64,000 nt of DNA from an uncultured Actinomycetota bacterium (GTDB lineage: Bacteria; Actinomycetota; Actinomycetes; JAHEKZ01): assembly GCA_963718235.1 (NCBI GenBank), contig CAVQYR010000001.1:32001-96000 (forward strand), read 5' to 3'. The notes below the pieces were generated by a model. It did not search any database. It was not told where the DNA came from and saw only the letters and a list, made by a program, of their open reading frames with translations. Made by a program: the position numbers and the translations under genes. Below are positions 29,553 through 40,565 of the stretch, in pieces (position 1 is the first letter of the stretch; each line of letters begins with the position of its first letter).

Positions 29553-29566
29553 TCAAGCATGCTTGA
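29553..29566. promoter_or_regulatory. ArsR operator palindrome TCAAGCATGCTTGA
   Basis: Perfect 14-bp palindrome abutting or overlapping the arsR start. Confidence 0.7.
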
Positions 29567-29755
29567 ACTGTCGCACTAGGCACCTGCGGCCCGACAGGGT
29601 CGAAGGTCCGCCTCCATGACGTCGACGCAGTGAGCTCCCGTCATCACCCCAGTCGGGTGAGTCGGGACCAAGGACCATGCCCTGTTCACCTGCAGGTGAG
29701 ACGATGGAGGATCATCCGCCCGACCGGGCGGAACGCTGTCTGACGAAGGAGCCCG

Positions 29756-31915
29756 GTGAGCAGCCAGGTGCGTGCCGAGACGAGCGAGGCCGAGGTTGCG
29801 GTCGTCGACACCGCGCCGCAGGTGCCCGAGGAGGAGGAGACCCCCCTTCCGGACGACCGCTTCTCCGAGCGTGAGCTCAGCTGGCTGGCCTTCAACCAGC
29901 GGGTGCTCGAGCTGACCGAGGACCCGAAGGCCCCCCCGCTCGAGCGGGCCAAGTTCCTCGCCATCTTCGCGAGCAACATGGACGAGTTCTACATGGTCCG
30001 GGTGGCCGGGCTGAAGCGGCGGATCGCCGCCGGCATCGCCGTTCGCAGCGCCAGCGGGGCCAGCCCGCGTGAGGTGATCGAGGCCATCCAGGAGCGCACC
30101 GAAGAGCTGATGGTCCGCCAGTCGCAGGTCTTCCGCAAGCAGGTCCTGCCCGAGCTGCGCGAGCACGGCATCGACGTCGTCCGGTGGAACGGGCTCGACG
30201 CCGCCGAGCGGGGCCGTCTGGCCGAGCTGTTCCGCGACCAGGTGTTCGCGGTGCTCACCCCGTTGGCCGTCGACCCGGCCCACCCCTTCCCCTACATCTC
30301 CGGGCTCTCGCTCAACCTGGCCGTGGTCGTTCGCAACCCCGAGACCGGGGCCGAGCACTTCGCCCGGGTCAAGGTGCCACCGACCCTGCCGCGCTTCGTC
30401 CCCGCCGGAGAGCAGCGGTTCGTCCCGCTCGAGGACGTCATCGCCGCCCACCTGGACATGCTGTTCCCCGGCATGGAGGTCCTCCAGCACCACACCTTCC
30501 GGGTCACCCGCAACGAGGACCTCGACGTCGAGGAGGACGACGCGGAGAACCTGCTCAAGGCGCTGGAGAAGGAGCTCATGCGCCGCCGCTTCGGCCCCGC
30601 GGTGCGCCTGGAGGTCGAGGAGACCATCGACCCGCACGTGCTCGAGCTGCTGATCGAGGAGCTGGAGGTCACCCGCGGCGAGGTGGTCATGCTGCCCGGA
30701 CCGGTCGACCTCACCGGCCTGTGGGGCATCTACGCCCTCGACCGTCCTGACCTCAAGGACCCGCCGTTCGTCCCGGTGACCAGTCCCGAGCTGAGCGAGT
30801 TCGAGACCAACGAGGCGCCCGAGGTCCTCGATGTCATGCAGCGCCGGGACGTCTTGCTCCACCACCCGTACGACTCGTTCTCGACCAGCGTCCAGGCGTT
30901 CCTGGAGCAGGCCGCCGACGACCCGGCTGTGCTGGCCATCAAGCAGACCCTGTACCGCACCTCCGGCGACTCACCGATCGTGCATGCCCTGATCCGGGCG
31001 GCCGAGGCGGGCAAGCAGGTCCTGGTCCTGGTCGAGATCAAGGCGCGGTTCGACGAGCAGGCCAACATCACCTGGGCCCGCAAGCTCGAGCAGGCCGGGT
31101 GCCACGTGGTCTACGGCGTGGTCGGACTCAAGACGCACAGCAAGCTCAGCATGGTGGTCCGCCAGGACGACGACGGCATCATGCGCCGCTACACCCACAT
31201 CGGCACCGGCAACTACCACCCCAAGACGGCTCGCCTCTACGAGGACCTCGGGCTGCTCACCACCGACGCAGCCATCGGTGAGGACGTCTCCAACCTGTTC
31301 AACGTCTTGTCCGGGTACTCGATGAACACCGAGTACGAGCGGCTGCTGGTGGCGCCGCACTCGATCCGGGCCGGTCTGGTCGAGCGGATCGAGCGCGAGG
31401 TCGACAACCACCGGAAAGGTCTTCCGGCCCGGGTCGTCTTCAAGGTCAACTCGATCGTCGACGAGGCCACGATCGACGCGCTGTACCGAGCCTCACGAGC
31501 CGGTGTCCCGGTCGACGTCTGGGTGCGCGGCATCTGCGCGGTCAAGGCCGGTGTCGAGGGCCTCTCGGAGAACGTCCGGGTGCGCAGCATCCTCGGGCGC
31601 TTCCTGGAGCACTCGCGGATCTACTGGTTCGCCAACGCGGGCGAGCCCGAGGTATGGATCGGTTCGGCCGACCTCATGCACCGCAACCTGGACCGAAGGG
31701 TCGAGGCGCTGGTCCAGATCGCCGGGGCCGACCACGTGGAGCGGCTCACCGAGCTGGTCGAGCTCGGCTTCGACGACTCGATCGCCTCCTGGCACCTCAG
31801 GCCAAACGGCGACTGGGAGTACGTCGGGCTCGCTCCCGACGGCACCCCGCTGACCGACCTGCAGGAGCTGACCATCCGCCGCAAGCGCGAAGCGATGCGA
31901 ACCCCCCTGCGTTGA
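29756..31915 (+). CDS. ppk1: Polyphosphate kinase 1
   Basis: [58 protein letters not shown]. Confidence 0.97.
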   Translation: MSSQVRAETSEAEVAVVDTAPQVPEEEETPLPDDRFSERELSWLAFNQRVLELTEDPKAPPLERAKFLAIFASNMDEFYMVRVAGLKRRIAAGIAVRSASGASPREVIEAIQERTEELMVRQSQVFRKQVLPELREHGIDVVRWNGLDAAERGRLAELFRDQVFAVLTPLAVDPAHPFPYISGLSLNLAVVVRNPETGAEHFARVKVPPTLPRFVPAGEQRFVPLEDVIAAHLDMLFPGMEVLQHHTFRVTRNEDLDVEEDDAENLLKALEKELMRRRFGPAVRLEVEETIDPHVLELLIEELEVTRGEVVMLPGPVDLTGLWGIYALDRPDLKDPPFVPVTSPELSEFETNEAPEVLDVMQRRDVLLHHPYDSFSTSVQAFLEQAADDPAVLAIKQTLYRTSGDSPIVHALIRAAEAGKQVLVLVEIKARFDEQANITWARKLEQAGCHVVYGVVGLKTHSKLSMVVRQDDDGIMRRYTHIGTGNYHPKTARLYEDLGLLTTDAAIGEDVSNLFNVLSGYSMNTEYERLLVAPHSIRAGLVERIEREVDNHRKGLPARVVFKVNSIVDEATIDALYRASRAGVPVDVWVRGICAVKAGVEGLSENVRVRSILGRFLEHSRIYWFANAGEPEVWIGSADLMHRNLDRRVEALVQIAGADHVERLTELVELGFDDSIASWHLRPNGDWEYVGLAPDGTPLTDLQELTIRRKREAMRTPLR

Positions 31916-31919
31916 CCTG

Positions 31920-33465
31920 ATGGCCGCCAAGACCGTTCGCGAGCACGAGCGCAAGTTCGCCGTCGAGGCCGACTTCGCCATGCCCGACCTCGCCCTCGCC
32001 GGACTCCCTGTGGTCGAGCGCGGCCGGGCGGTCACCCTGACCGCCACCTACTTCGACACCGACGACCTGCGCCTGGCCAGGAGCAAGGTCGTCCTGCGAC
32101 GACGCACGGGCGGCAAGGACGCCGGGTGGCACCTGAAGCTGCCGGCCGACCCGCGCAACCCCGACCTGCGCGACGAGGTGCAGCTGCCCTCCACGTCGTC
32201 GCGCACGCCACCCGACGAGCTGACCGAGCTCGTCTTGGGCCTGACCCGAGGGGCCGACCTCCAGCCGTTGGCCACCATGCGCACCCGGCGCACCCCCACC
32301 GTGCTGCGGTCCCGCGACTCCACGGTCGCCGTCGAGGTGGTCGACGACCTCGTCACCGTGACCGAGGGACCGGTCAAAGGGCTCACCTACCGCGAGCTGG
32401 AGGTCGAGGCGCTGACCCCCGACGCCGACCTCGACGACGTCGCCACGCTGCTGCTGCAGAGCGGCGCCACCGAGGGGGTCTTCCGCTCCAAGGGCACTCG
32501 GGCGCTGGGGGCGCCGTCCGAGCTGGCGCCGCTCGTCCCGAGACCCGGGCCCGCCACCCCGGCCGACCCGGCCGCACTGGTGGTGCGCAACCACCTTCGG
32601 GTGCACGTGGCGGCGCTGGTGGCCCAGGACACCCGCGTGCGGCGCGACCTGCCCGACAGCGTGCACCAGTTCCGGGTCGCGGCCCGCCGGCTTCGCGCCG
32701 GGCTGCAGTCCTTCGCCCCCCTCGTCGACCCGGACTGGTCGGCCCGGCTGCGCACCGAGCTGGGCTGGATCGCCGGTGTCCTCGGGCAGGCGCGGGACAC
32801 CGAGGTGCTGGAGGCCCACCTGATCGCCGGTGTCCGGGCGCTGCCGACTGAGCTCGACCGGGCCGCCGGACTCGTCCTGATCCAAGACGACCTCGAGGCG
32901 AGCCTGGCCGACGCGTCCAAGGCCGCCCACGAGGCCATGGGGTCGACCCGCTACCTGAACCTGCTCGACGCCCTGGTGGCCGCGGCGGAGGTGCCGCAGA
33001 CCACGGCGCTGGCCGACGGTCCGTCCGACGAGGTGCTGCCACCCCTGGTCCGCCGGCGGTTCAAGAAGCTGGACCGGATGGCCGCCGTGCTGGCCGACGA
33101 GCTCGACGGCCACGACCAGGACTGGCATGCCACCCGGATCGCCGGCAAGAAGGCGCGCTACGTCGGAGAGGCCGTCGTCCCGGTCTTCGGTGCCCCGGCC
33201 AAGCGGTACGTGAAGCAGATGGAGCGGGTCACCGAGCTGCTCGGGGAGCACCAGGACTGCGCGATCGCGGCCGAGACGGTCCATCGGCTGATCACCCGCG
33301 ACACCGGCCCCGAACGCTGCTTTCACCCTCGGTGCCCTGTACGCCCAGCAGCGGCAACGGGTGAAGGAGATCCGCCTGGAGTTCGTCGACGCCTGGCCGG
33401 ACATCCGGCACAAGCGCTGGAGACGGTGGCTCGACTCGGACGCACTTCCCGGCGCCGACCGGTGA
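31920..33465 (+). CDS. CYTH + CHAD domain protein, frameshift near 33315
   Basis: EHERKF, YFDT.DLRL, GWHLK, VHQFRVAARR, H..RI..KK.RY, LGEHQD; native tail AFTLGAL... lies in another frame ending 33465. Confidence 0.88.
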
Positions 33466-33475
33466 GCCAGCGCCG

Positions 33476-34441
33476 ATGAGTGCCACGTCGAAGCACGAGC
33501 CCGTCGTGGCGGCGGGGGCGGTCGTCCTGCGCGAGGTCGACGGAGCGACCCAGGTCGCGGTCGTCCACCGACCTCGCTACGACGACTGGTCGCTGCCCAA
33601 GGGCAAGCAGGACGTCGGCGAGCACATCCTGGCCACCGCGGTCCGAGAGGTGGAGGAGGAGACCGGACTGCGGGTGGCGCTGCGCCGGCCCCTGTCGAGC
33701 CGGGAGTACCTCGTCGGCGGCCAGCCGAAGGTGGTGCACTACTGGCTGGCCCATGTGGTCACCGACACGCACTCCCCGCACGGCACTGACGGCACTGACG
33801 GCACCGTCGACCCCGAGCCGTTCGAGCCCAACGACGAGGTCGATGCTCTCGAGTGGCTCGAGCCCGCCGCCGCGGAGGCCCGCCTGACCCAGCCGCGCGA
33901 CGCGGAGCTGGTCGGGCTCGCGCTGGCCGAGCCGCCGGGGACCCCGTTCGTGGTCCTGCGCCACGCCAAGGCGCGCGGCCGGGCGAGCTGGAAGGGCACC
34001 GAGCCCACCCGGCCGCTCACCGGCACCGGCGCCAAGAACGCCCGCGCCGTGGCTCCCCTGCTCGGCGCGTACGACGTCCGGCGGCTGCACCCCTCGTCAG
34101 CGACACGCTGCGTGCGCACGGTCAAGCCGTACGCACGCTCCCTCGGGCTGGCGATGCTCGAGGAGCCGCTGTTCACCGAGGAGGCCTTCGAGGTCGACCC
34201 CGCGACCGCACTGGCCCGGGCGTCGTCGCTCATGCGTTCGACCGGGGTGAGCGGGGAGGCCACCGTCGTGTGCACCCACCGGCCGGTGATCCCGGCCCTG
34301 GTCGGCCACCTGCTCGAGGGGTCCGGGCTCTTCGGCCCGACCGAGACCCTGCCGACCGCCGCCATGGTCGTGCTCCACGTCTGCGTCGATGAGGTCGGCG
34401 GGGTCGACCGGGTGCTCGCCGTCGAGACCCACACCCTCTGA
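33476..34441 (+). CDS. NUDIX + histidine phosphatase fusion (MutT1-like)
   Basis: VHRPRYDDWSLPKGK, REVEEETG, LRHAKA, CTHRP. Confidence 0.9.
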   Translation: MSATSKHEPVVAAGAVVLREVDGATQVAVVHRPRYDDWSLPKGKQDVGEHILATAVREVEEETGLRVALRRPLSSREYLVGGQPKVVHYWLAHVVTDTHSPHGTDGTDGTVDPEPFEPNDEVDALEWLEPAAAEARLTQPRDAELVGLALAEPPGTPFVVLRHAKARGRASWKGTEPTRPLTGTGAKNARAVAPLLGAYDVRRLHPSSATRCVRTVKPYARSLGLAMLEEPLFTEEAFEVDPATALARASSLMRSTGVSGEATVVCTHRPVIPALVGHLLEGSGLFGPTETLPTAAMVVLHVCVDEVGGVDRVLAVETHTL

Positions 34442-34472
34442 GCTGTCGAGGGTGTGGGCCCGGGCAGGCTCG

Positions 34473-35657
34473 TCACTCGACGGGCGTGTGCCCCTCGATT
34501 CTCGGGTGCACCGGCACGTGCTCCTCGAGCTGGTCGACGGTCGGCAGCTCGGCCTCGACGTCTTTCGCCGTGATGGTGTGCGTCATGGCGTAGACGATGA
34601 AGCCACCCAGGACGAACAGCAACGACCCGACCGAGACCACGGCCAGGCCGGTCGGCAGCTGGGTCATCTTGTACAGCAGGAAGGCGATGATCGTCGTGGA
34701 CGGGATCGTGACGATCCAGGCCAGCACCATCTCACCGACGACGCGCAGGTTGAGGCCCCGACCGGAGGCCACACCACCGCCGGCCACTGACGAGGCGGCA
34801 GCATGGGTGGTGGAGATCGGGATCCCATAGCTCGTGGCACCGAAGATCGCGGTCACCGCGCCGAGGTTGGCGGCGAGCCCCGAGTTCGCGTGCAGGGTAG
34901 TGATCCGCAGGCCCATCGTCTCGATGATCTTCCAGCCGCCCCACAGCGTGCCCAGGGCGATCGCCGTGTAGGCGGCGATCGGAATCCAGGAGTCGACGCT
35001 GATGTCGCCGTTGGCGTTCTCGGTGGCTGCTCCGTACCCGGTGCCGAGCAGGAGCGCCGCGATCACGCCGACCGTCTTCTGAGCGTCGTTGGCCCCGTGT
35101 CCCAGCGACACGAACGCGGCTGAGATCAGCTGTCCGGCCTTGAAGACCACGTGGTCGTCGTGCATCTTGAACAGCTTCTGGATCCCGGCGATGACGAACA
35201 TGGCCAGGAAGGCGATCGTGAAGGCCACCAGGGGTGAGGCCATGATCGCCAGCAGCACCTTCTCCACGGCCGACCAGTCGATGGCCGAGGTCCACCCGGC
35301 GCCCAGACCGGCACCGACGAGACCTCCCACGAGCGCGTGGGACGAGGAGGAGGGCATGCCGATGAACCAGGTGGCGTAGTTCCAGGTGATGGCACCGATC
35401 AGCGCGGAGAAGATGACCGCGATCCCCGAGTAGGAGGAGTCGACGACCTTGCTCACGGTGTTCGCCACGGCCAGCCCGACCACGAAGTAGGCCAGGAAGT
35501 TGAAGAACGCGGAGAAGGCCGGGGCCCACTTGGCCGGTAGTGCCCGGGTCGCGACCACGGTGGCCACGGAGTTGGCGGCGTCGTGAAAGCCGTTGGTGAA
35601 GTCGAACAGCAGGGCCAGCGCCACCAGCGCGATGACCGAGACGAGGAGCAGGTCCAT
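34473..35657 (-). CDS. pit: Inorganic phosphate transporter (Pit family)
   Basis: NGFHDAAN, PSSSSHA, HGANDAQK, PISTTH. Confidence 0.93.
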   Translation of the reverse strand: MDLLLVSVIALVALALLFDFTNGFHDAANSVATVVATRALPAKWAPAFSAFFNFLAYFVVGLAVANTVSKVVDSSYSGIAVIFSALIGAITWNYATWFIGMPSSSSHALVGGLVGAGLGAGWTSAIDWSAVEKVLLAIMASPLVAFTIAFLAMFVIAGIQKLFKMHDDHVVFKAGQLISAAFVSLGHGANDAQKTVGVIAALLLGTGYGAATENANGDISVDSWIPIAAYTAIALGTLWGGWKIIETMGLRITTLHANSGLAANLGAVTAIFGATSYGIPISTTHAAASSVAGGGVASGRGLNLRVVGEMVLAWIVTIPSTTIIAFLLYKMTQLPTGLAVVSVGSLLFVLGGFIVYAMTHTITAKDVEAELPTVDQLEEHVPVHPRIEGHTPVE

Positions 35658-35695
35658 GAGGCTTCCTCAGGTACGGCCGGCCGAAGCCGGAGGGC

Positions 35696-35784
35696 GGATC
35701 GTGAACGCCGGGTGAACGGGTGCCGGGCCACTCAAGGGGGCTCAAGCGTCCAGGTGGTAGACCCTGCGTTAACGCTGAGTGAAC
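35696..35784 (-). promoter_or_regulatory. PHO-box-like 11-nt direct repeats upstream of pit
   Basis: Minus strand GTTCACTCAGC-GTTAACGCAGG (35784-35763) and GTTCACCCGGC-GTTCACGATCC (35717-35696). Confidence 0.75.
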
Positions 35785-35849
35785 GCCGCCCGGAACTGGC
35801 ACGGATAGGGCCGGTTGCGACACGCCAGGGGGGTCGAAAGTCCCGACTT

Positions 35850-35893
35850 GTTCATCTTGTGTTAACCTTCAGGTCACCCGGCGTTCCGCCGAT
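35850..35893 (+). promoter_or_regulatory. Four-unit PHO box array
   Basis: GTTCATCTTGT-GTTAACCTTCA-GGTCACCCGGC-GTTCCGCCGAT with exact 11-nt period. Confidence 0.8.
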
Positions 35894-35925
35894 ACGCCAA
35901 CGAGACCGAGAAGAGGAGGTGCCTG

Positions 35926-36033
35926 ATGAGCATCCTCGACGCACTCACCCGGGTCCTACGACCCGACGACACGCTGTACGCGCGAAGCCTCAAGGCCCTC
36001 GAGGACGACGCCCGTCCCGACCGGACCCGCTGA
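35926..36033 (+). CDS. 35-aa small protein (MSILDALTRVLRPDDTLYARSLKALEDDARPDRTR)
   Basis: GAGGAGGT RBS, GC3-rich codons, PHO boxes upstream, strong hairpin downstream. Confidence 0.7.
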   Translation: MSILDALTRVLRPDDTLYARSLKALEDDARPDRTR

Positions 36034-36045
36034 CCCGACGCGCCT

Positions 36046-36081
36046 GAAGCCGGCCGACCCCACCCGGGGTCGGCCGGCTTC
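36046..36081 (+). terminator. 16-bp perfect stem-loop
   Basis: GAAGCCGGCCGACCCC-accc-GGGGTCGGCCGGCTTC. Confidence 0.8.
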
Positions 36082-36122
36082 GTCGTCTGGTCGTTCACCC
36101 GTGCCGGCGGGACCCGAGCCTT

Positions 36123-36166
36123 GGTCATCCGCCGTTCACGCAGGCTCCATCGCGGCGTCACCCACT
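36123..36166 (+). promoter_or_regulatory. PHO box array upstream of pstS
   Basis: GGTCATCCGCC-GTTCACGCAGG-CTCCATCGCGG-CGTCACCCACT; extra GTTCACC at 36093. Confidence 0.7.
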
Positions 36167-36272
36167 GCACCCGTCCAGGTCATCCGGCGTCCCTAGCGTC
36201 CCTGACGTACTGCTGACGTCCTGATGGCCGGACCGTCGTCCGGCGGGACCCCAACGAGGAAGGTCCAACCCT

Positions 36273-37256
36273 GTGAAGTCCACTCTCCTGCGCCGCGCCG
36301 CTGTGCCGGCCGCGTCAGCCGCCGTGCTGGCGCTGGCGCTCAGTGCCTGTGGTGGCAACAACGACGGCGGTGGCTCAGACGGTGGCGACGCGCTGTCCGG
36401 CTCGATCGCCATCGACGGCTCCAGCACCGTCGGACCGATGACCAAGGCCGCCGCCGAGCTGTTCAACGGCGACAACCCCGACGTCCAGATCAGTGTCGGT
36501 GAGTCCGGCACCGGTGGCGGATTCGAGAAGTTCTGCGCCGGCGAGACCGACATGAACGACGCCTCGCGCCAGATCGAGGACGACGAGGCGGCCATCTGCG
36601 ACGAGAACGGCGTCACCTACCAGGAGATGGTCGTCGCCAACGACGCGCTCACGGTCGTGGTGAACAAGGACAACACCTGGGCCACCTGCCTGACCACTGA
36701 GCAGCTCAAGGCGATCTGGGAGCCGAAGTCGAAGATCACCAACTGGAACCAGGTCGACCCCAGCTTCCCCGACGAGACGCTCGCCCTGTTCGGCCCCGGC
36801 ACCGACTCGGGCACCTTCGACTACTTCACCGACCAGATCAACGGTGAGGAGGGCGCCAGCCGCACCGACTACAGCCCCAGCGAGAACGACAACACCACGG
36901 TCCAGGGTGTCGAGGGCACGAAGGGTGGCCTCGGCTACTTCGGCTACACCTACTACGAGGAGAACGCCGACAGCCTCAACGCCGTCCAGATCGACAACGG
37001 CAGCGGGTGCGTGGCCCCGAGCGCGGAGACCGTCCAGGACGGCTCGTACTCACCGCTGGCCCGTGAGCTGTTCGTCTACCCCTCGATCGAGAGCGGCAAG
37101 AGCAACTCGGCCTTCCTGCCCTTCGTCCAGTTCTACGTGGAGAACGACGCGAGCATCGCCGAGGCCGCACAGTTCATCCCACTGAGCGACGAGCAGAAGA
37201 GCACGCTGGACGGCGAGCTGTCCGACTTCGAGAGCGCGGTCGGCGCCAGCTCGTGA
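36273..37256 (+). CDS. pstS: Phosphate ABC transporter substrate-binding lipoprotein
   Basis: LSAC lipobox, IDGSSTVGP, SGTGGGF, DSGTFDYF. Confidence 0.95.
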   Translation: MKSTLLRRAAVPAASAAVLALALSACGGNNDGGGSDGGDALSGSIAIDGSSTVGPMTKAAAELFNGDNPDVQISVGESGTGGGFEKFCAGETDMNDASRQIEDDEAAICDENGVTYQEMVVANDALTVVVNKDNTWATCLTTEQLKAIWEPKSKITNWNQVDPSFPDETLALFGPGTDSGTFDYFTDQINGEEGASRTDYSPSENDNTTVQGVEGTKGGLGYFGYTYYEENADSLNAVQIDNGSGCVAPSAETVQDGSYSPLARELFVYPSIESGKSNSAFLPFVQFYVENDASIAEAAQFIPLSDEQKSTLDGELSDFESAVGASS

Positions 37257-38206
37257 GCCAGCTGACCGTCGACAAGCACGCTGCTGCCGCAGGGACCTCC
37301 GGGTTCCTGCGGCAGCAGCGGCCTCGTCATGGCGAGAAGCTCGTCTACGCGATCCTCTTCGCCGCTGCACTCGTCTCCGTGGCGACGACGATCGGCATCG
37401 TCATCAGCCTGGTCATCCCCGCGGTCGAGTTCTTCACCGAGGTCCCGCTCACCGAGTTCCTGTTCGGCACCGACTGGGCGCCCAACTTCGAACCCCCGTC
37501 GTTCGGCGTGGTTCCCCTCATCGTCGGGACCCTGCTCACCACGGCGATCGCCAGCATCGTTGCCCTCCCGCTCGGCCTGGGCTCGGCGCTGTACCTCAGC
37601 GAGTACGCCCACCCCAAGGCGCGGCAGACCCTGAAGCCAGTGCTGGAGGTGCTGGCCGGGATTCCCACCGTGGTCTACGGCTTCTTCGCCCTCACGTTCT
37701 TCACCCCGGTGCTCCGCTGGGTCTTCCCCGGCGACGACGTGCCCACGATCTTCAACGCCCTCAGCGCCGGCGTGATCATGGGGATCATGATCATCCCCAC
37801 CGTCGCCTCGCTCTCGGAGGACGCGATGGCCGCCGTCCCCAACGCGCTGCGACAGGGGGCCTTCGCGCTGGGCAGCAACCGTCGCCAGGTCTCCACCAAG
37901 GTCGTCGTCCCGGCCGCGCTCTCCGGCATCGCGGCAGCCTTCATCCTGGGGATCTCCCGGGCCCTGGGCGAGACGATGATCGTCACGATCGCTGCCGGGA
38001 ACCAGCCGAACCTGTCGCTGAACCCGCTGGAGTACACGCAGACGATGACCGCGTTCATCGCCTCCAGCGCGGGCGGCGACGTGGCGACCGGCTCCACGAT
38101 CTACAAGACGATCTTCGCCGTCGGGCTGCTGCTGTTCATCGCCACCTACGCGATGAACATGGTCAGCGTCCGACTGGTGCGCAAGTACCGCGAGGTGTAC
38201 GAGTGA
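37253..38206 (+). CDS. pstC: Phosphate ABC permease
   Basis: LEVLAGIPTVVYG, SRALGETM. Confidence 0.95.
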   Translation: MSQLTVDKHAAAAGTSGFLRQQRPRHGEKLVYAILFAAALVSVATTIGIVISLVIPAVEFFTEVPLTEFLFGTDWAPNFEPPSFGVVPLIVGTLLTTAIASIVALPLGLGSALYLSEYAHPKARQTLKPVLEVLAGIPTVVYGFFALTFFTPVLRWVFPGDDVPTIFNALSAGVIMGIMIIPTVASLSEDAMAAVPNALRQGAFALGSNRRQVSTKVVVPAALSGIAAAFILGISRALGETMIVTIAAGNQPNLSLNPLEYTQTMTAFIASSAGGDVATGSTIYKTIFAVGLLLFIATYAMNMVSVRLVRKYREVYE

Positions 38207-39111
38207 CCGTCACCGCCCACGACACCCCGCCCGAGTCGCCCTCGGCCCAGCGGCCGATGCTCGGTACCACCGGCGAGCCCCTCAAGGAGCGGGCCTTCCG
38301 CTGGATGCTTCTGCTCGCCCTGTCGGTCGGCGTGGTCACGCTCGTCGTCCTGCTCGCCTACATGTTCATCCGCGGCCTGCCGGCCCTGAACATGCCGTTG
38401 TTCACCAACATGCCCAGCCAGATCAACCCGGGGATCGCCGGGGCCCAGTCGGCGATCGCCGGGACGTTGTGGGTGATGGCCTTCACCGCCCTGTTCTCCA
38501 TCCCGACCGGGATCCTCGCGGCGATCTACCTCGAGGAGTACGCCGACGAGCGCCACTGGTGGAACCGGCTGATCGAGATCAACCTGCTGAACCTCGCGGC
38601 CGTGCCCTCGATCGTCTTCGGCATCCTCGGTCTGGCCTTCATCAGCCGTGGCATGGGCTTCGGTCCCACAGTGCTCACCGGATCCCTCACCCTCGCCCTC
38701 CTGGTGCTGCCGGTCGTGGTGATCTCCAGCCGTGAGGCGATCCGGGCAGTGCCGAGGTCGATCCGGGCGGGCTCACTGGCTCTGGGAGCCACCCACTGGC
38801 AGACGATCTGGCGTCAGGTGCTGCCGGCCGCCATCCCCGGGATGGCCACCGGCTCGATCCTCGCCCTCTCCCGCGCAATCGGGGAGGCCGCGCCGCTGAT
38901 CATGCTGGGCGTCTCCTACGTCACCTTCGTCCCCGACGGGCTGCTCAGCCGGTTCACCACGCTGCCGGTCCAGATCTACCGGTGGACCACCGAGTCCCGT
39001 GACGAGTTCCAGCAGCTGGCGGCAGCAGCCTCGGTCGTCCTGCTCGTCCTGCTGTTGATCATGAACTCGATCGCGATCATCATCCGAAACAGGACCCAGA
39101 AGCGGTGGTGA
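38203..39111 (+). CDS. pstA: Phosphate ABC permease
   Basis: [26 protein letters not shown]. Confidence 0.95.
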   Translation: MTVTAHDTPPESPSAQRPMLGTTGEPLKERAFRWMLLLALSVGVVTLVVLLAYMFIRGLPALNMPLFTNMPSQINPGIAGAQSAIAGTLWVMAFTALFSIPTGILAAIYLEEYADERHWWNRLIEINLLNLAAVPSIVFGILGLAFISRGMGFGPTVLTGSLTLALLVLPVVVISSREAIRAVPRSIRAGSLALGATHWQTIWRQVLPAAIPGMATGSILALSRAIGEAAPLIMLGVSYVTFVPDGLLSRFTTLPVQIYRWTTESRDEFQQLAAAASVVLLVLLLIMNSIAIIIRNRTQKRW

Positions 39112-40040
39112 CGACGCGCGTGAGCATCGATCATGAGCAGAAGAGGTCACACCCCACGAGCCCGGCTGGAGCCATGACCACCACCCCGAGTGAGCCCACT
39201 GCCACCCCCTCACTGAACGTCAGCTCGGTGACCCGTGACGAACCAGAGGAGAACACGGCCGTCGAGCCGGTCATCGAGACCATCGACCTCTCGGTGTTCT
39301 ACGGCGCGTACGAGGCCGTACGCAACGTCGACATGGTGTTCGGCAAGAACCAGATCACCGCGCTCATCGGTCCGTCGGGGTGCGGCAAGTCGACCGTCCT
39401 GCGCTGCTTCGACCGGATGAACGACCTCGTGCCCGGAGCCCGGGTCGTGGGCACGATCACCTACCACGGCCAGGACCTCTATGCCGACGACGTCGATGTC
39501 ATCGAGGTCCGCCGCCGGGTCGGCATGGTCTTCCAGAAGCCCAACCCGTTCCCCAAGTCGATCTACGACAACATCGCCTACGGGCCGCGGGTCAACGGCT
39601 GGAAGGTCTCCAACATGGACGACCTGGTGGAGGAGTCGCTCACCAAGGCGGCCCTGTGGGACGAGGTCAAGGACAAGCTCAAGGAGAGCGCGCTCGCGCT
39701 GTCGGGCGGCCAGCAGCAGCGGCTGTGCATCGCCCGCTGCATCGCCGTCGAGCCAGACGTGATCCTGATGGACGAGCCGGCCGCCTCCCTCGACCCGATC
39801 TCCACGGCCAAGATCGAGGACCTGATGAAGGAGCTGGTCGCCAACTACACGATCATCATCGTGACCCACAACATGCAGCAGGCGGCCCGGGTCAGCGACC
39901 GCACGGCGTTCTTCACCGCCGACGTCGACGACGAGGGTGAGCGACATGGGCGCCTGGTCGAGATGGACTGGACCAAGACGATCTTCACCAACCCAGCCGA
40001 CCAACGCACCGAGGACTACGTCTCCGGCCGCTTCGGCTGA
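39105..40040 (+). CDS. pstB: Phosphate ABC ATPase
   Basis: [33 protein letters not shown]; true start may be ATG 39174. Confidence 0.95.
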   Translation: MVTTRVSIDHEQKRSHPTSPAGAMTTTPSEPTATPSLNVSSVTRDEPEENTAVEPVIETIDLSVFYGAYEAVRNVDMVFGKNQITALIGPSGCGKSTVLRCFDRMNDLVPGARVVGTITYHGQDLYADDVDVIEVRRRVGMVFQKPNPFPKSIYDNIAYGPRVNGWKVSNMDDLVEESLTKAALWDEVKDKLKESALALSGGQQQRLCIARCIAVEPDVILMDEPAASLDPISTAKIEDLMKELVANYTIIIVTHNMQQAARVSDRTAFFTADVDDEGERHGRLVEMDWTKTIFTNPADQRTEDYVSGRFG

Positions 40041-40064
40041 ACGACGGTCGAGCCGGCGGTCTCC

Positions 40065-40502
40065 CTAGTCGGTTGTGGCGGTCGCCGCCGCGAACACCGC
40101 GACTACCACGGGGATCACCACCACGGTCGTGGGGTCAGGGGCCAACAGGCCGGGGACGCCGCTGAGCAGCGAGGTCATCGTGGCCAGACCCACGGCGCCT
40201 CCTGCTGCGCCTGCGGACCACCACCGCTCCTGCGCCACGCTCACGCTGGCACCGGACCGGTCGGCCCGCCGACGCAGAAGGTGGCGGGCCACCACCACCC
40301 AAGCCGCAGCCCACAGGCCCAGGAGCAGCCCGCACCCTGCGCCGGCTCCTACGAACAGCAGCAGCCACAGCAGTGAGGTCGGCTGGCCGTTGAGCACACC
40401 ACCGAACAGCGCCAGGACGCCGATCAGTACGAAGTAGACGGTCCCCGCGACGAGCCCGACTCCCGCGCCCCGAAGCCACAGACGACGTCGCCACGCGTTC
40501 AT
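40065..40502 (-). CDS. Hypothetical membrane protein
   Basis: MNAWRRRLW...; four hydrophobic segments; CAGACT 7 nt before ATG. Confidence 0.6.
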   Translation of the reverse strand: MNAWRRRLWLRGAGVGLVAGTVYFVLIGVLALFGGVLNGQPTSLLWLLLFVGAGAGCGLLLGLWAAAWVVVARHLLRRRADRSGASVSVAQERWWSAGAAGGAVGLATMTSLLSGVPGLLAPDPTTVVVIPVVVAVFAAATATTD

Positions 40503-40565
40503 GCACCGGAGTCTGCCAGCCGTCAGGGCCTCCCCCACGGGCCGCCAGGGGCCTAGGGTGCGCAC

